Notes under the pieces: generated by a model
What the model was told of the DNA's origin: nothing
What the model saw: the letters and a program-made list of their open reading frames with translations, nothing else
Databases searched by the model: none
Source of the DNA: Eledone cirrhosa
Taxonomy: Eukaryota
DNA: 64,000 nt
Direction of reading: 5' to 3'
Assembly: GCA_964016885.1 (NCBI GenBank)
Contig: OZ024742.1
Coordinates: forward strand, 61,132,001-61,196,000
In this document: positions 24,301 to 36,916 of the stretch, in pieces
Numbering within the stretch: the stretch's first letter is position 1
Layout: the number at the start of each line of letters is the position of its first letter
Made by a program: the position numbers and the translations under genes

Positions 24301-27296
24301 TGACATGTTTAGCTTCCAGTAACCAGGTCCTAACCTACGCGTCTTATCTAGGTCGACCATACAGATCGCAGACTTGTGATCTGAATAGGCGACCGTTTTA
24401 AAACGTGGACAGCTTACACTATTTCTGTCTATTTTCCTGATGAATATCCTGTCTATATACGATCTAGATGACCCTATGCTGTTAGTCCAGGTCCACACTG
24501 GCGCATTAGGGAAATCTAGTTGGTAACTGTTAGACAGTTGGAACTGGCTGATGGGGTTCTTGAGGCTTTTGCACCTCCCGCTCCTGCCTGATACTCCCAC
24601 ACACTCCCAGCATGCGTCTAAGATGCCGTTCCAGTCCCCCGCTAACAGTAAAGGGCGAGACGTACCCAGAAAGGCTTCCAGGTGTCTAAAGAAGTCCATC
24701 CGTCCTGCCCCAGTAGAGGCGTAGACGGCCATCAGTCTAAAGGCACCACCTTCGTTATTGTTCACGTCCAGGACCACGAACTTCCCGTCCGGGTCCCGGA
24801 AGATGGACCTTATCTCGAGATCCAGGCCTTTCCTAAACAACACTATCACCCCACCTCCCATTCCCGGTCGACTAACAGATGCAAAGATCTGATAGTCGTA
24901 GAAAATGGGGGCTAGTGCGCGCGTGTCGGAAATCCTGGTCTGGCTGACGACAATTACATCCATTTCTAGAGACCTGAGGTCGTTGAGGAGGTGACCCTGC
25001 TTCCAGGACGATCCCAGGCCTCGAATATTTAAACTTCCTACTCTTAATACGGCCATGTTGGCAGGTTAAAAGAGAGAGAGAAAACGTTTACTTAGCTTCC
25101 GGGCACTTGTGAACGTCGGGTGGTTCGACCTCCATAGTTGGTGGGGTTTCTTTTGGGAACCCCTTTAAAAGTCTTGAAGTGGGTTTTACGTTTGGGGTTC
25201 CCACGTCACGAGGAAAGCTGTCTCGTATCTCTTTGTATAAATCGAGCGACATTCGCACCAGAAACAAATCTTCCGGCACGCGAAATGTGCTCGATTTAAA
25301 AAGTTCCCCCTCTTTTTGTATATATTCATTTCGTGCTACTAGGGCCATCGGTTCCTTGTTGGTCCTCCCGACGAGCACGTAGTTTTGTATATTTTGTTGG
25401 TATGATTTTATTTGTTTGGGTGGCTTTGGTGGTGATGATTTTGGTGGTGTTGTTTCGGTTGTGTCTGTGTTTGTTGTGAGTGCAGTGTCTGTGGTTTCAG
25501 ATGTTTTTGTGTGTATTTGTTCTTGCGTCTGTTTAGGTTGTTTGCGTTTGGGGGATTCTGGTGATGGTGATGGTGGTGGTGGTGTTGATGTTGGTGATAT
25601 TGGAGAGATGTTTGCGTGGGTGGTGTCTGCATATTTTATTGGGGGTGATTTTGTGCTTTGTTGAGTTTTTTTTTCCTTTTTGTGTTTCCTTTTTTTGTTT
25701 TTTGGGTGAATTTGGTTTTCCCTCATCTTCAATACTGGTAGATGACGGGTCTGTGTCTGTAAGTGTGTCTGTGTGTGTGTTTATGTTTTTATTGATGCGT
25801 GTATTTTTTTTTGGGGGGGGGGGGGGATTTGACAACTTTCCTCGTTTCCCCTCTGGGTGGTCAATGTTGGTGGTGGTCTTGCTATTGGTGTTGTTGTTGG
25901 TGGTTTTGCCGGTGCTGGTGTTGGTTGTGGTCCTCGCCCCGGCGTCGGCAGCAGTGGAGCCCTTCGACCCCTTGCATCTTTCAGTAGTTGAGGGCAGAAG
26001 GCTCGCAAATGGGTTTTTTCCCAACAAACAAAACAATGCGGCCTTCTGCCCTCGGTCATAATATGAATGAGCGTCCCATTCTAAAGGCGGATGTGGTCCG
26101 AGATTGTCTTCACATTTTCGGTCCTGATCTGGAGAAGTATCTCCATGTCAACCCCGGCCCAGTCCTCTCTGGCCGTTCTTGTCACTTCTATCGGGACGGT
26201 ATCCGTCCCCTCCACAATCACACCTCCCAGAAGCCACCACATGTCAAGTCCTGGTGGGATTCTGGGAATGCGGAGACTTCGTTTTCCCATATGGGAGCTT
26301 ACATTATGACCTTGCTGGTTTTGCAAGGAGTCATAGCGTGTTTCATAGCGACGGCTTCTGACTTGAACATGACCGAAATGGTGCCGTACTGTCTGCCCGT
26401 CGCTATGTATTCGGTGTCATATCTGATGCTCCTCAGCGCGACTTCGACATCTGCTTGTGGAATTAAAGCTGCCCTTTTGGTTTGTGCTCTATTGCATCTA
26501 TAATGCACCGTTCTGCGCTCTACTGCCTCAATAGCTTCTATTGGGACAGTTAAGTTGGCTCAAGTTTGCTCTTGTTTGATGAGCTTCCAGGCCTGGGGCA
26601 ACTTTTCATCTTTATTTGAGAGGTCCATGTTGAAGCATGGCCTCTTTCTTGCTGCTGCCGCAGCGAAAGTCTTCTTCTTGTTGTCGTTGAGGTGTTGTTG
26701 TTGTTGTCATCGTTCTTGTTGATGTTGTTGATATCACTGTCACTGTTATCATTGTTGTCTTTGGGGCCGCTGTTGTTCTCGGTGCAGTTGGTATTGTTGC
26801 TGTTGGTGTTGACGCTATTTTTTTCATGTTAGTGGTGTTGATATTGTTTTTGCATTTGTCATTATTTCTGTTATCTGTATTTTCGTTGTCGCTGTTACTG
26901 TAATTTTTTTCAAAATTAGAGTTCTCAGAGTTGTTATCATTGCTGTCTTTGTTCACATTGTTTGTGGTGGTGTTTGTTGCATCAATTTCTGTTAATTTCG
27001 CGTTAGCGCTCCTCTCAACTTCTACGTCGTTGTCGCACGACAGCAGAGATATCGCTGGGGGCGTGGCTCGGCCATGTTTTTTTTTGTTTTTTGCGTTTTT
27101 TTTCGATATTTTTTTTTTAAATGTAAAAGAGTTCAAATAGTTGGGTCAAAAGGCCAAAATAATATTCTTTCCCCTTCACAGGGCAAAGTCCAAGGGCTTG
27201 TTTGCCTTACAGAACAACAAAAAATTCAATAAATAAGTTTTAACAGGTAAATAAATAAACTTACGAGAGCGAGCAAAAAGATGTCCGTTCAGACTC
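21392..27296 (-). mobile_element. Tx1/L1-clade LINE copy D, near full-length (~5.9 kb), frameshifted
   Basis: 5'UTR; ORF1 27136-25088 in pieces (CCHC knuckle CFVCWEKTHLRAFC); ORF2 25056-21645 in pieces (APE 277 aa, RT 288 aa, C-terminal CPKC..ETVLHALVQC); AATAAA plus TTA-type tail. Confidence 0.92.
24223..25056 (-). pseudogene. Apurinic-like endonuclease domain of copy D ORF2
   Basis: GSLNIRGL, GGGVIVL, VYAS, GDWNGILD, WTWTN, SYIDR and SDH motifs. Confidence 0.88.
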
Positions 27297-27340
27297 AATA
27301 ATTATAATGATAATAATAATAATAATGATAATAATAACAA

Positions 27341-27925
27341 TTGTTTCTACATTTAGCACAAGGCCAGCAATTACTCAGTGCATAACTGGTACTTTATTTC
27401 ATCGACCCCATAAGGATGAAAGGCAAAGTTAACCATGAGAGGATTTGAACTCAGACCGTAAAGGAACGTAACTCTGCTGGAAAGCATGGCTTCCGACCCT
27501 CTACCGATACTGCCACTTCACAGCCAATAATAATAATAGTAATAATTGTTTCTACTTTTTGGCACAAGGCCAGCAATTACCCAGGGCATTACTGGTAATT
27601 TATTTTATCGACCCCGTAACGATGAAAGGCAAAGTTAAACTCGGCGGGATTTGAACTCAGAATGGAAAGGGCCGAAACTCTATGCGGCAAAGCATGGCAT
27701 CCGACCCTCTACCGATACTGAATAATAATAATTATTATTATTTCTACTTTTGGCACAAGGCCAGCAATTATCCAGTGTATTACTGGTACTTTATTTTATC
27801 GACCCTGTAAGGATGAAAGGCAAAGTTAACCTCGGCGGGATTTGAACTCAGACCAAAAAGGATCATAACTCTTTGCTGCAAAGCATGGCGTCCGACCCTC
27901 TACCGATACTGCCAATCCACCGCCC
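27341..27925 (-). mobile_element. Three tandem tRNA-derived SINE copies separated by (AAT)n
   Basis: Copies at 27341-27525, 27546-27720 and 27741-27925; minus-strand A-box TGGCAGTATCGG and B-box GAGTTCAAATCC(C). Confidence 0.88.
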
Positions 27926-27937
27926 TTAAACGGTTTC

Positions 27938-27985
<48 letters not shown>

Positions 27986-28245
27986 TTTCTTTATTAACCA
28001 CAAGGGTTTACATAAAGTAGACATTAAGGACAGTGCAGGACAATGCAGGACGGTACAAATGGGCATTTCTGCGTGTAAAAAAACAAAAACAGAGGATGTA
28101 ACAAAAATAACAATGAAAATAACAATGAAAAATTCCCCAATAGGGGGGAGACTTCGGAGGGACATTTGTGGAGAAAGCCCAGTAAAAAGCCACAATGACC
28201 CTGACCACCAAGGCAAGTGCCCTCTCCCAGTTTTCCACCTTTAGT

Positions 28246-31200
28246 TTACAGATATATACTCAGAGTCGGCCCATTCACTCGGGCCATTCTTGCTTCTCTC
28301 ACCCATCTTTCAACAAAATGCTGGGAAGAGAGCACTTCCCACTCTACTCTGATTTTCCTTTTCAAATGAAATTTGAAAAAGTCAATCAGAGCATCACCGA
28401 AGAGGTAAGTGCTCGTCTTCAGCCCTTTCAAACGTGTCCACCATACTATCTCTTTCGCCATGGCCACCGGACAGATAAAAACTGCCTGCCCTTCCCGGCT
28501 AAAGGAGGAGGGCGGGGCAATCCTCACGATGGACTCAGATGATAGCTGGATCCGTCCTAAACGCGACAGCAGGTGTTCGACATAAACCCACAAGTCAGCA
28601 ATTTTCGGACACTGGACGAGTGCGTGCAGGACGGTTTCGTCGCCCTGCGCGCATCTCGGACATGCCCGGCTGACGGCACCTCCATGGCTGTAGAGTTTAT
28701 CCCGAACTGGCAAGGCTCCTCGGTAGCACTGCCAGGCCAGAGATTTCTGGAAGTTGTCCATAGGCCCCGGCCCGAAAGTTCTTCCGAAGAGATTGGCTAG
28801 TTGATTTTCGTCGACGCCTAGAGTTTCCCCAAGTACGTCGTCGCTCTTACCCTCCACTAATCCTCTATAGAACGCCGAGGTGGAGTTTCCACCGATCACA
28901 TTGCCCGATTGGTCGAGGGCTGTGAGCGCCTGAAGATATTCCAGTCTCCAGGCGCTCCCTCTCGGTCTTCGCTTGACTCAGGACTGCAGCTCCGTCAAGG
29001 AAACGAGCTGGGGAAATACGCGCCTACCAAACGGCGACCACACCTGATCACCGTCGAGGAAGAGGTGGAGATGTCGTAGCCTGAGCGCGTGCCTGCGCAT
29101 CATCAGCCACGGCAGGCCCAGCCCTCCACGTAGCGGGTGTTGACAACAGATGGACCGCTTGACCATCGGAGCACGTCCCTTCCACAAAAAGCGAAAGAGC
29201 AAACGCTCCAGCGCAGTCAGGCGAGGCTTAGGACAAGGTACGACGGTCAGGCGGTAGCAGATGACAGACGCGCTGTACGCGTTAGCCACCTCCGCTCGAC
29301 CTTTCAGGGATAGCTTCCTCTCCGCCCATTTCTGGGTGAGAGAAGCCACCCTGCTCGTCACCTCGTCCCAGTTTTTGTCCGTCTGGAGGTCCGGACCGAA
29401 CCAGACCCCTAGCAATTTAACCGGTCCGTCCGTCCAGCGCCCGACGACGCTGTTGGACGGCATGGACCTGCCTCTCCAGGTGCCGAGCTGCAGGCCCACT
29501 GACTTTTCCTGGTTGATCATTGCTCCTGTCACCGCTTCGTATTCTCTTAGTGTAGTGCCGATCGCCTCGATGTGTTTGGCGTTCGACACCACTACGGTGA
29601 CATCGTCCGCATATGCTGACACGGATCTTCCGCATCCTAGTTCGCGCGGGACCCCCCTCAACGTCTCCAGTTTGTGCAGTAATGGCTCGAGAGTCAATAC
29701 CTACAAGAGGGACGAGAGGGGATATCCTTGGCGGACCGAGCGCATGATGTTGAACGGTTCCGACAGGTGACCGTTCACTCTCACCACAGAGCAGATGTCG
29801 CTGTGCATGGCAGCGATCCAGCCTCTGAAGACGGGCCCAAAGCCAGCCGCCCTCAGGACTGCCGCTAGGTAACGATGGTCGACCCTATCGAAAGCTTTCG
29901 ACTGATCTAAATTGATCAAGGACCCACCCGTGCCAGGTTCCCTAGCTACCCTCTCTACGATGTATCGCATGAGGTGGAGGTTGTCGTGGATGGATCTGTC
30001 GGGAATGGCGCATGTCTGCGCCTCTCCAACCAGACCACCAACGACAAGCGCCAACCTCTTTGCTAGCACCTTGGCCAAAATCTTAAACTCTGTGTTTAGC
30101 AGAGTTATGGGCCGGAAATTTTCTATGTTATCCACCTTGTTCGGATCCTTTCTCAGCAGTGCCACCGCTCCTCGGCTCACAGAACTGGGAATTCTCCCGT
30201 TCTGTTGCCAGTTGCAGTAGACGTCCGCCAAGAGGCCTCCGAACAAGTCTAGCATCTGTACGTAAAGTTCATAGGGCAGACCATCCAAACCAGGCGATTT
30301 ACCCCTTGTGCAGCCAGTCATTGCCTCCCTTACTTCAGCGGCTGTTATCGGCTTTTCGCAACACTTCGCCTCAGTGGCCGAGAGCCGCGGCAGTCCGTCG
30401 AGGTAGACACTAAAGTCCATCCCTCTACCCGGCCCACCGCTGCCCCCGAACAGCTGAGCGAAGTGTCGCTGAAAAGCTTCACACATTTGCCCGGGATCGA
30501 GTAGCATGCGCCCGTCGTGGTCCACCAAAGACCGGATCGTGGCTTTGTTGCCACGACGCGCCTCCGCCACTCGGGCCCATTGAACGGCTTTCGTCCCCTC
30601 GTGTCTGAGAGCACGCACCCTTGCTCTGACAACGCAGCCTTCGTGCTTTGCATTGAAGAATTGGTCAAGGGCCAATTTCGCCGCAAGCACGTCGGTCGCA
30701 ATGCCTTTGCTAAGCGCCTCGTCTAATTTTCTAACTAGTTCTCCCTCTGCTCTATTTTTCTCTATTGCTAAAGCCTTACTAAACCTAATCGATTCTATTC
30801 TAATCGCTCTTTTCAGAGCAAACCACCACTTGTTGTTGACGATGGCCCCCGTCAACGCCCGCTTAACTAGTTCGCTAATCCGGTCTCTGTAGGCCTTGCG
30901 CGCGGGTAAGGACGCGTTTAGCTTCCAGTAGCCGGGTCCTCGTCTATGAAGCCTATCTAAGTGAAGCACACAGATCACGAATTTGTGGTCCGTGTAGCTG
31001 ACTATCTTGAATTGTGGACAGCCTATGCTAGACCTATCTATTTCCCTACAAAATACTCTATCTAGATATGATCTGGATGACCCTATGCGGTTTGTCCAAG
31101 TCCACATTGGCACATTCGGGAAATCCAATCGGTACCTGTCAGACAGTTCAAAACGCCTGAGCAGGTTGGTGAGGCTCTTGCACCCTCCACCCCTATCCGC

Positions 31201-31665
31201 TAATCCCACACAGTCCCAGCGTGCATCTAAGATCCCGTTCCAGTCGCCCACTAACACTAAAGAGCGGGACGTTCCAAGAAAGGTCTCCAGACGCCGGAAG
31301 AAATCAGGCCGCCCTGCTCCTGTCGGGGCATAGACGGCCACTAGCCTGAAAGCTTGCCCGTCTCCGCTGGTCACGTCCAGCACCACCAGCTTACCCTCTG
31401 GGTCCAGGAAGATGGCCCGTATGGCGAGATCCAAACCTCTCCGAAAAAGCACAGCAACTCCTCCACCCGATCCAGGACGGCTGGGAGATGCGTACACATC
31501 GTAGCCGCCGAAGATCGGTGCGAAGGCCCGTGCTTCGGAGATTCTGGTCTCGCTGATGGCCACTACATCTATGTTTAGTGACCTGAGGTCGTTGAGCAGG
31601 TGACCCTGCTTCCATGACGACCCCAAGCCACGCGCATTTATGCTGCCTATTCTGAGTGAGGTCAT
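28246..31665 (-). pseudogene. ORF2p of copy E (APE-RT-zinc finger) with two nonsense changes
   Basis: Intact EN and RT start (654 aa); TAC>TAG at 29701 and TGG>TGA at 28978 relative to copy H; YADD and CPRC..ETVLHAL..C present. Confidence 0.92.
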
Positions 31666-31700
31666 GTTTAAAATAGAGTGGAAAAGATGGGAAAGACCAC

Positions 31701-33790
31701 TTACCGTACTTTTGGTAGAGGAGGGATGGTTTTTACATCCCTTTTCACTTGATCGTCTGGTGAAGGGACCGTTGAATCGTCCCTTCGGCTGGTCGTCGAC
31801 TCTTCTAAGAGAATGTCTGAGTATACTCTTCGATTGATGGTTCCTCCTAGGTCCCTGAAATCACCAACTGTGTTGGGGAATTTCGTTTTAATGTTTGTGT
31901 ATTGTTTCTGTGCTATTTTTAGCAGTCTTATGTTAGTTGGCGTTTTGATTGGTGCTGGTATTATGTAATCCTGTTGTGAAATGTCTGTGTGTTCAATTAA
32001 GTATGTCATTAGTTTCTTGTGTGTATTTATTGCCGTGCATTTGTTTTTCTGGGGGTGGGGTGTGGTTCTGCTATTTTCTTGTCGTTGTTGCTGGGTGTGT
32101 GTGTTTTGTTGTTGTGTTTGCGATGTTGGTGCTTGTGGTGGTGGTGTTGAAGGTGTTGTTGGCGGTGGGGTTGTCGCCGGTGGTGATGGTGGTGCTAGTG
32201 TGGGTGGTGATGGTGTTGGTGTTGTTGCTGCTGTGGGTCTCTTTGCAGTAGACTTTACCCTTTTCTCATTTCTTTCCTCCCTTTTCAAAGGCGACGATGC
32301 GCTGCTTCGGCGTTTGTGCCTTCTTACGACCTTTTGCCATCCCTCTCCCACCTCACACTCCATGTCTGATTCTGTGAGGTCGGGGAGGGGTACCAGCTCC
32401 ACTCTTTCACTTGTTGTTGTTGGTGATGTTTGCACTGGAGTCTCTGTTGCAGCTGCATTTGGTATTGCTGTTGTTGTTGTTAATATTTCCACTGCTGCTG
32501 CTGTTTTTGATTTCCGTGGAGTGGGTATGGGTGCCACGGGCCTATCGTTCCTGGTTGCCGCTTGTCCTGTTACTGGTAGCCGTGGAGCCGGATTCGGAAG
32601 GAGGGGGGTTTTCTCCTTTCTCAGGGTCTTCTCGTTGCAGAAGGCCCTGAGGTGAGTCTTCGATCCACAGCGAAAGCATTTCGGGCGTTTGCCCTCAACA
32701 CTTATGGGCAGTTGAGTGCCGTTATCGAAGTCTATCACATCCGGGATAGCTTCGATGCACTCCTGGTTGGTTTTGATTAGCATCTCAATGGAGGAGCCGA
32801 CCCAATCTTCTCTTACTTTTTTCTGTACTTGCAGTACAGTTGTTTTGTCCTCGATTCCGACGAAGACAGACGCGGCCAGCCAAGAAAGGGTCATTCCGGG
32901 GAGGACGTCGGTCAGTTTGACCCTCACAATTTTTTGCCCGCAGTAGGAGGGCACCAACACCATTTCCTCGCTCCTGAGGGTCACTACTGATTGGGCCTTT
33001 GCCTCCTGGGGTGTGGCAAAAAGTACGTCTACGGTGGCATATTTTTTGCCTCGGGTGATGTGCGTTTTCCGCTGCCACACAGACCCCAAGGCTTTTTGTA
33101 TTTGGGCCTCTGTGGCTCTTTCCATCCTACGGGATTTTGTACTTACTGTACGGTACGTGACCGTACAGTGCTCTTGGGTTTCGAAAAATGTTTCCGCTGC
33201 CTTGCAGATTGCTCTGTGTCCTTTCTTTGTCACCATCTTCTTCGCTTCCTCTAATTCCTCATTTGTTATGAGGATTGTTTCCAAGTTTTTCGCAATACCT
33301 GCAAATGAGATTGGTTTTTCTCTGCTGTTGTTGTTGTCGTCAGAGCTGCTGGTACTTTTGTTGTTGCTGCAGGTACTACGACTACTGCCTCCGCCGTTGT
33401 TGCTGTGGTTGTTGTTGGTGTTGCTGCTGCTAATGCTGTTGTTGGTTATGCTGCTGGTGATGCTGTTGCGGCTGCTACTGTTGTTTTCATTGTCACTGTT
33501 GCTGTTGTTATTACGGCTGCTACTGCTATTATTCCTGACCGCAGACGAACGAACTGGGTTTCGTATTTCCCGCACACCTGTTTCGTCGCTGTCGTCGTCG
33601 TCGTGGAGAAACCTTGCACGCTTTGCACGAGACTTTTCTTTTCTTTCGTCACTTGCGAAAGAGAAGGGAGGGAGAGAGACACATTTAAAGAAGGGAGGGA
33701 GAGAGACAATCTTCTCTCTGTTGTAGTGATGATTGAGGAAGAAGACGGAATGAGTGGGAGTGACGTATGAAATTTCTTTTTCGTAGCCAT
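31701..33790 (-). pseudogene. ORF1p of copy E (nucleic-acid chaperone with CCHC knuckle)
   Basis: N/S-rich N-terminus, ISFAGIAK motif, CFRCGSKTHLRAFC knuckle, P/T-rich linker. The likely ATG at 33790 (MATKKKF) is separated from the open core by a 1-bp deletion near 33560 relative to copy H; the tracked 710-aa ORF starts at TTG in the other frame. Confidence 0.85.
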
Positions 33791-34020
33791 GTTGTTTTTT
33801 GTTTAAAATGAAATTTTGGGTACAAAACCCCAATAACTGGTTATTTAACCCCGAAGGGCCAAATAACGGACAGAAAGACCCCTCTCACGAGGAGGAGGGT
33901 GTCTTTATCAACAATTTGGTTCAAGTTTTAAACAATTTACAATTGTTTTAACGGTTAAAAATTACTATACCTTACAGAGCCGAGCCTCCGTCAACCATGG
34001 CATTCAATAATAATAATAAT

Positions 34021-34290
34021 GTTTTCTTTATTAACCACAAGGGTTTACATAAAATAGACATTAAGGACAGTACAGGACAATACAGGACGGTACAAATGGG
34101 CATTTCTGCGTGTAAAAAAAACAGGTTGAAATAAAATAACAAAGAAAAATTCCCCAATAGGGGGGAGACTTCCGAGGGACATTTGTGGAGAAAGCCCATT
34201 AAAAGACCACAGTGGCCCTGACCACCAGGGCAAGTGCCCTCTCCCAGTTTTCCACCTTTAATTTACAGACACATACTCAGAGAAGGCCCA
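34021..34290 (-). mobile_element. Severely 5'-truncated Tx1 copy F (3'UTR of the E/H family)
   Basis: Matches the 3'UTR at 27984-28270; (AAT)n on both sides. Confidence 0.88.
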
Positions 34291-34874
34291 TAATAATGAT
34301 AATAATAATATTCGAAAATCTAACATAACGATCGTGGAAATCAACGGAAGTCCATGAATTGATGCGATATACACCATTCGCCACACAGATATTAATGAAA
34401 TATAACGTCAGTAATATATAAAAATGAAAATATATAAATGACTATAACCACATAACCTACTCAAATACAATTCAATTCTATTTGAAAGTCATTTAACTTT
34501 AATAAATACAATAGATTTTAGTCAAATTCCTCGTTCAGCTCCCAGTAATAATAAGATGAATTACCATAATTGGATTTTGGCATGCTGCAATATATACAAA
34601 AATTATTTAGTAACAAAAGACATGTTATGTCAGCAAAGAGCGTACAATTCTTTACACAGATTCCAGCACTGTTTCGTATTCATGAATTCTTTTTCCCAAT
34701 AATTTAGCTATTTTTCTCAAAATAGGAATTTCGGTATTATATATTTTTTTAGATAAATATATTACCAATTTAAATTGATATATTTGCAAATTGCATTTAA
34801 ATGCATACCGACATATGATTATGCACGTATTCAAATATATACACTGGCATACATATGCGCAAACTCACACGCGT

Positions 34875-34875
<1 letters not shown>

Positions 34876-34941
<66 letters not shown>

Positions 34942-34960
34942 TACATACACACGCACACAC

Positions 34961-35005
<45 letters not shown>

Positions 35006-35062
35006 CACAGTATATATATATATATTTATAGACATATATATATTTATATATATATATACACA

Positions 35063-35107
<45 letters not shown>

Positions 35108-35245
35108 GACATATATATATTTATATATATATTTATAGACATATATATATTTATATATATATTTATAGACATATATATATTTATATATATATTTATAGAC
35201 ATATATATATTTATATATATATGTATATGTAAGCATATATATATA
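34876..35245. repeat. (CA)/(TA)n tract with a 30-bp minisatellite (ATTTATAGACATATATATATTTATATATAT)
   Basis: About four exact 30-bp units at 35101-35220. Confidence 0.85.
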
Positions 35246-35972
35246 TGTCATTATTTCTGTATATATGATTGTACGCTAGCTAAATATTGTTGTATTCATA
35301 GATAATATAGCTAATACACCGAAATTGCATGATTTTATCGCAATGCAATAGAATATACAATAAACATATTAAACTAAGCCTCCCATATCCACGTTATATC
35401 ATGTATGCGAAATATGTAGTTGTGTTGATGTTGGATTTCAGTTTATTATTGAGTAGGGAATAAGTGCAAAATATGCAAATATGTAAGCAACGAGATAGGG
35501 AGCATCTACATGACAACTGAACCTTTCAGAGATAGTAGCTAAAAATTCCTAGTATAAAAAGAATAAAGGGGTATTATGCCCCCAAAAAAACAAAAGAAGA
35601 TTACGGAATATTCAAAATCTTGGAGTCTGCAATATATCTAACCACCACCAACAACAACAACAATTCATCCAGAAAAACTGCATCAATATCAACAGGAGCA
35701 ATAACCACACTAGTAGTAACAACGCCTAAAACAACAATATATACAACTACAACAGCATGAACAGCAGCAACTACTACTGCTATGACATCAACAACTACAA
35801 CAACAGCAAGAGCAGCATGTCGCAGGAATACACTGTGCAACGAAGTTCCCGTTTAGTGACTACTTTCAAATGATTACATTTTTGTTTTGAATTTGTTGAA
35901 TTAATTATGATACAGTACACACACATATACACGCGTGCATACAGACAGAGAGAGAGAGAGAGAGAAAGAGAG

Positions 35973-36006
<34 letters not shown>

Positions 36007-36089
36007 TTACATATACACGCATGTATATGTATATATATCTTATAAATGTATCTGCTGCTTTTAGAATCTACGACCTTTGGAAATGTTAC

Positions 36090-36154
<65 letters not shown>

Positions 36155-36161
36155 TCTCCCC

Positions 36162-36201
<40 letters not shown>

Positions 36202-36357
36202 TTATATAAGATCCCGTTAACGGTGAAAGCAGCGATTCTTTGCTTAAAATTTAATCTGTTATTTTAATAAATATTTGCTCTATCGTTCTTATATATTTGA
36301 TATATATTTATCCTTATCGAGCCCTCTTTGGATTTTAGTCTTCACATTTATTATTAT

Positions 36358-36436
<79 letters not shown>

Positions 36437-36448
36437 GATATATATGTA

Positions 36449-36512
36449 TAGGAAAAGAGTCAGCTGTTGAAACGGCCCGAGCTCAGCCGTCGGGGTCCTG
36501 ACTCTTTTCCTA
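36449..36512 (+). ncRNA. Degenerate type I hammerhead-like hairpin
   Basis: Perfect 15-bp stem TAGGAAAAGAGTCAG/CTGACTCTTTTCCTA enclosing CTGTTGA, stem ACGGC/GCCGT and GTC; GAAA/stem III missing. Confidence 0.4.
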
Positions 36513-36650
36513 TTACCCACTCTACTACCCATAGTATCGAGTATTCTGGTGCGTTATGGTCCACCTGGTTCCTTACTACACTTCCTTCGTTTTTTATATA
36601 TATATATATACGATATTAACAAATGGAAACTATATTTATAAAACCATATT

Positions 36651-36715
36651 TATTTCATTATACATATTTCAAGGACACCAAGTTAAATTATGGTGGGCTT
36701 TCATCAGATAAAATA
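36651..36715 (-). ncRNA. Minimal type I hammerhead ribozyme (left arm)
   Basis: Exact reverse complement of 36852-36916. Confidence 0.7.
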
Positions 36716-36851
36716 TAATATAGAGCAGTTTTATAAATAAATATTGATATACCCTTAAATAATGCAACCATAACTGTTGGGAGCTTCCAACAGTAATGGT
36801 TGCATTCTTTAAGGGTATGTCAATATTTATTTATAAAACTGCTCTATATTA

Positions 36852-36916
36852 TATTTTATCTGATGAAAGCCCACCATAATTTAACTTGGTGTCCTTGAAA
36901 TATGTATAATGAAATA
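36852..36916 (+). ncRNA. Minimal type I hammerhead ribozyme (right arm)
   Basis: TATTTTAT-CTGATGA-AAGCCCACCA-loop-TGGTGTCCTT-GAAA-TATGTA-TA-ATGAAATA: 8-bp stem I, stem II with a 2x2 internal loop, quasi-palindromic stem III. Confidence 0.7.

Larger units (their letters stand above)
27984..34005 (-). mobile_element. Tx1/L1-clade LINE copy E, full-length (~6.0 kb), young
   Basis: Complete 5'UTR-ORF1-ORF2-3'UTR flanked by (AAT)n; nearly identical to inverted copy H at 55227-61227. Confidence 0.95.

Noticed and set aside
27341-27925. Regularly spaced repeats suggesting a CRISPR array or tRNA genes
   Set aside because: Units are ~180-bp SINEs with A/B boxes but no cloverleaf, no unique spacers and no cas genes.
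31701-33833. 710-aa ORF taken as an intact ORF1
   Set aside because: It starts at TTG; comparison with copy H indicates the ATG at 33790 is the likely start and that a 1-bp deletion shifts the frame.
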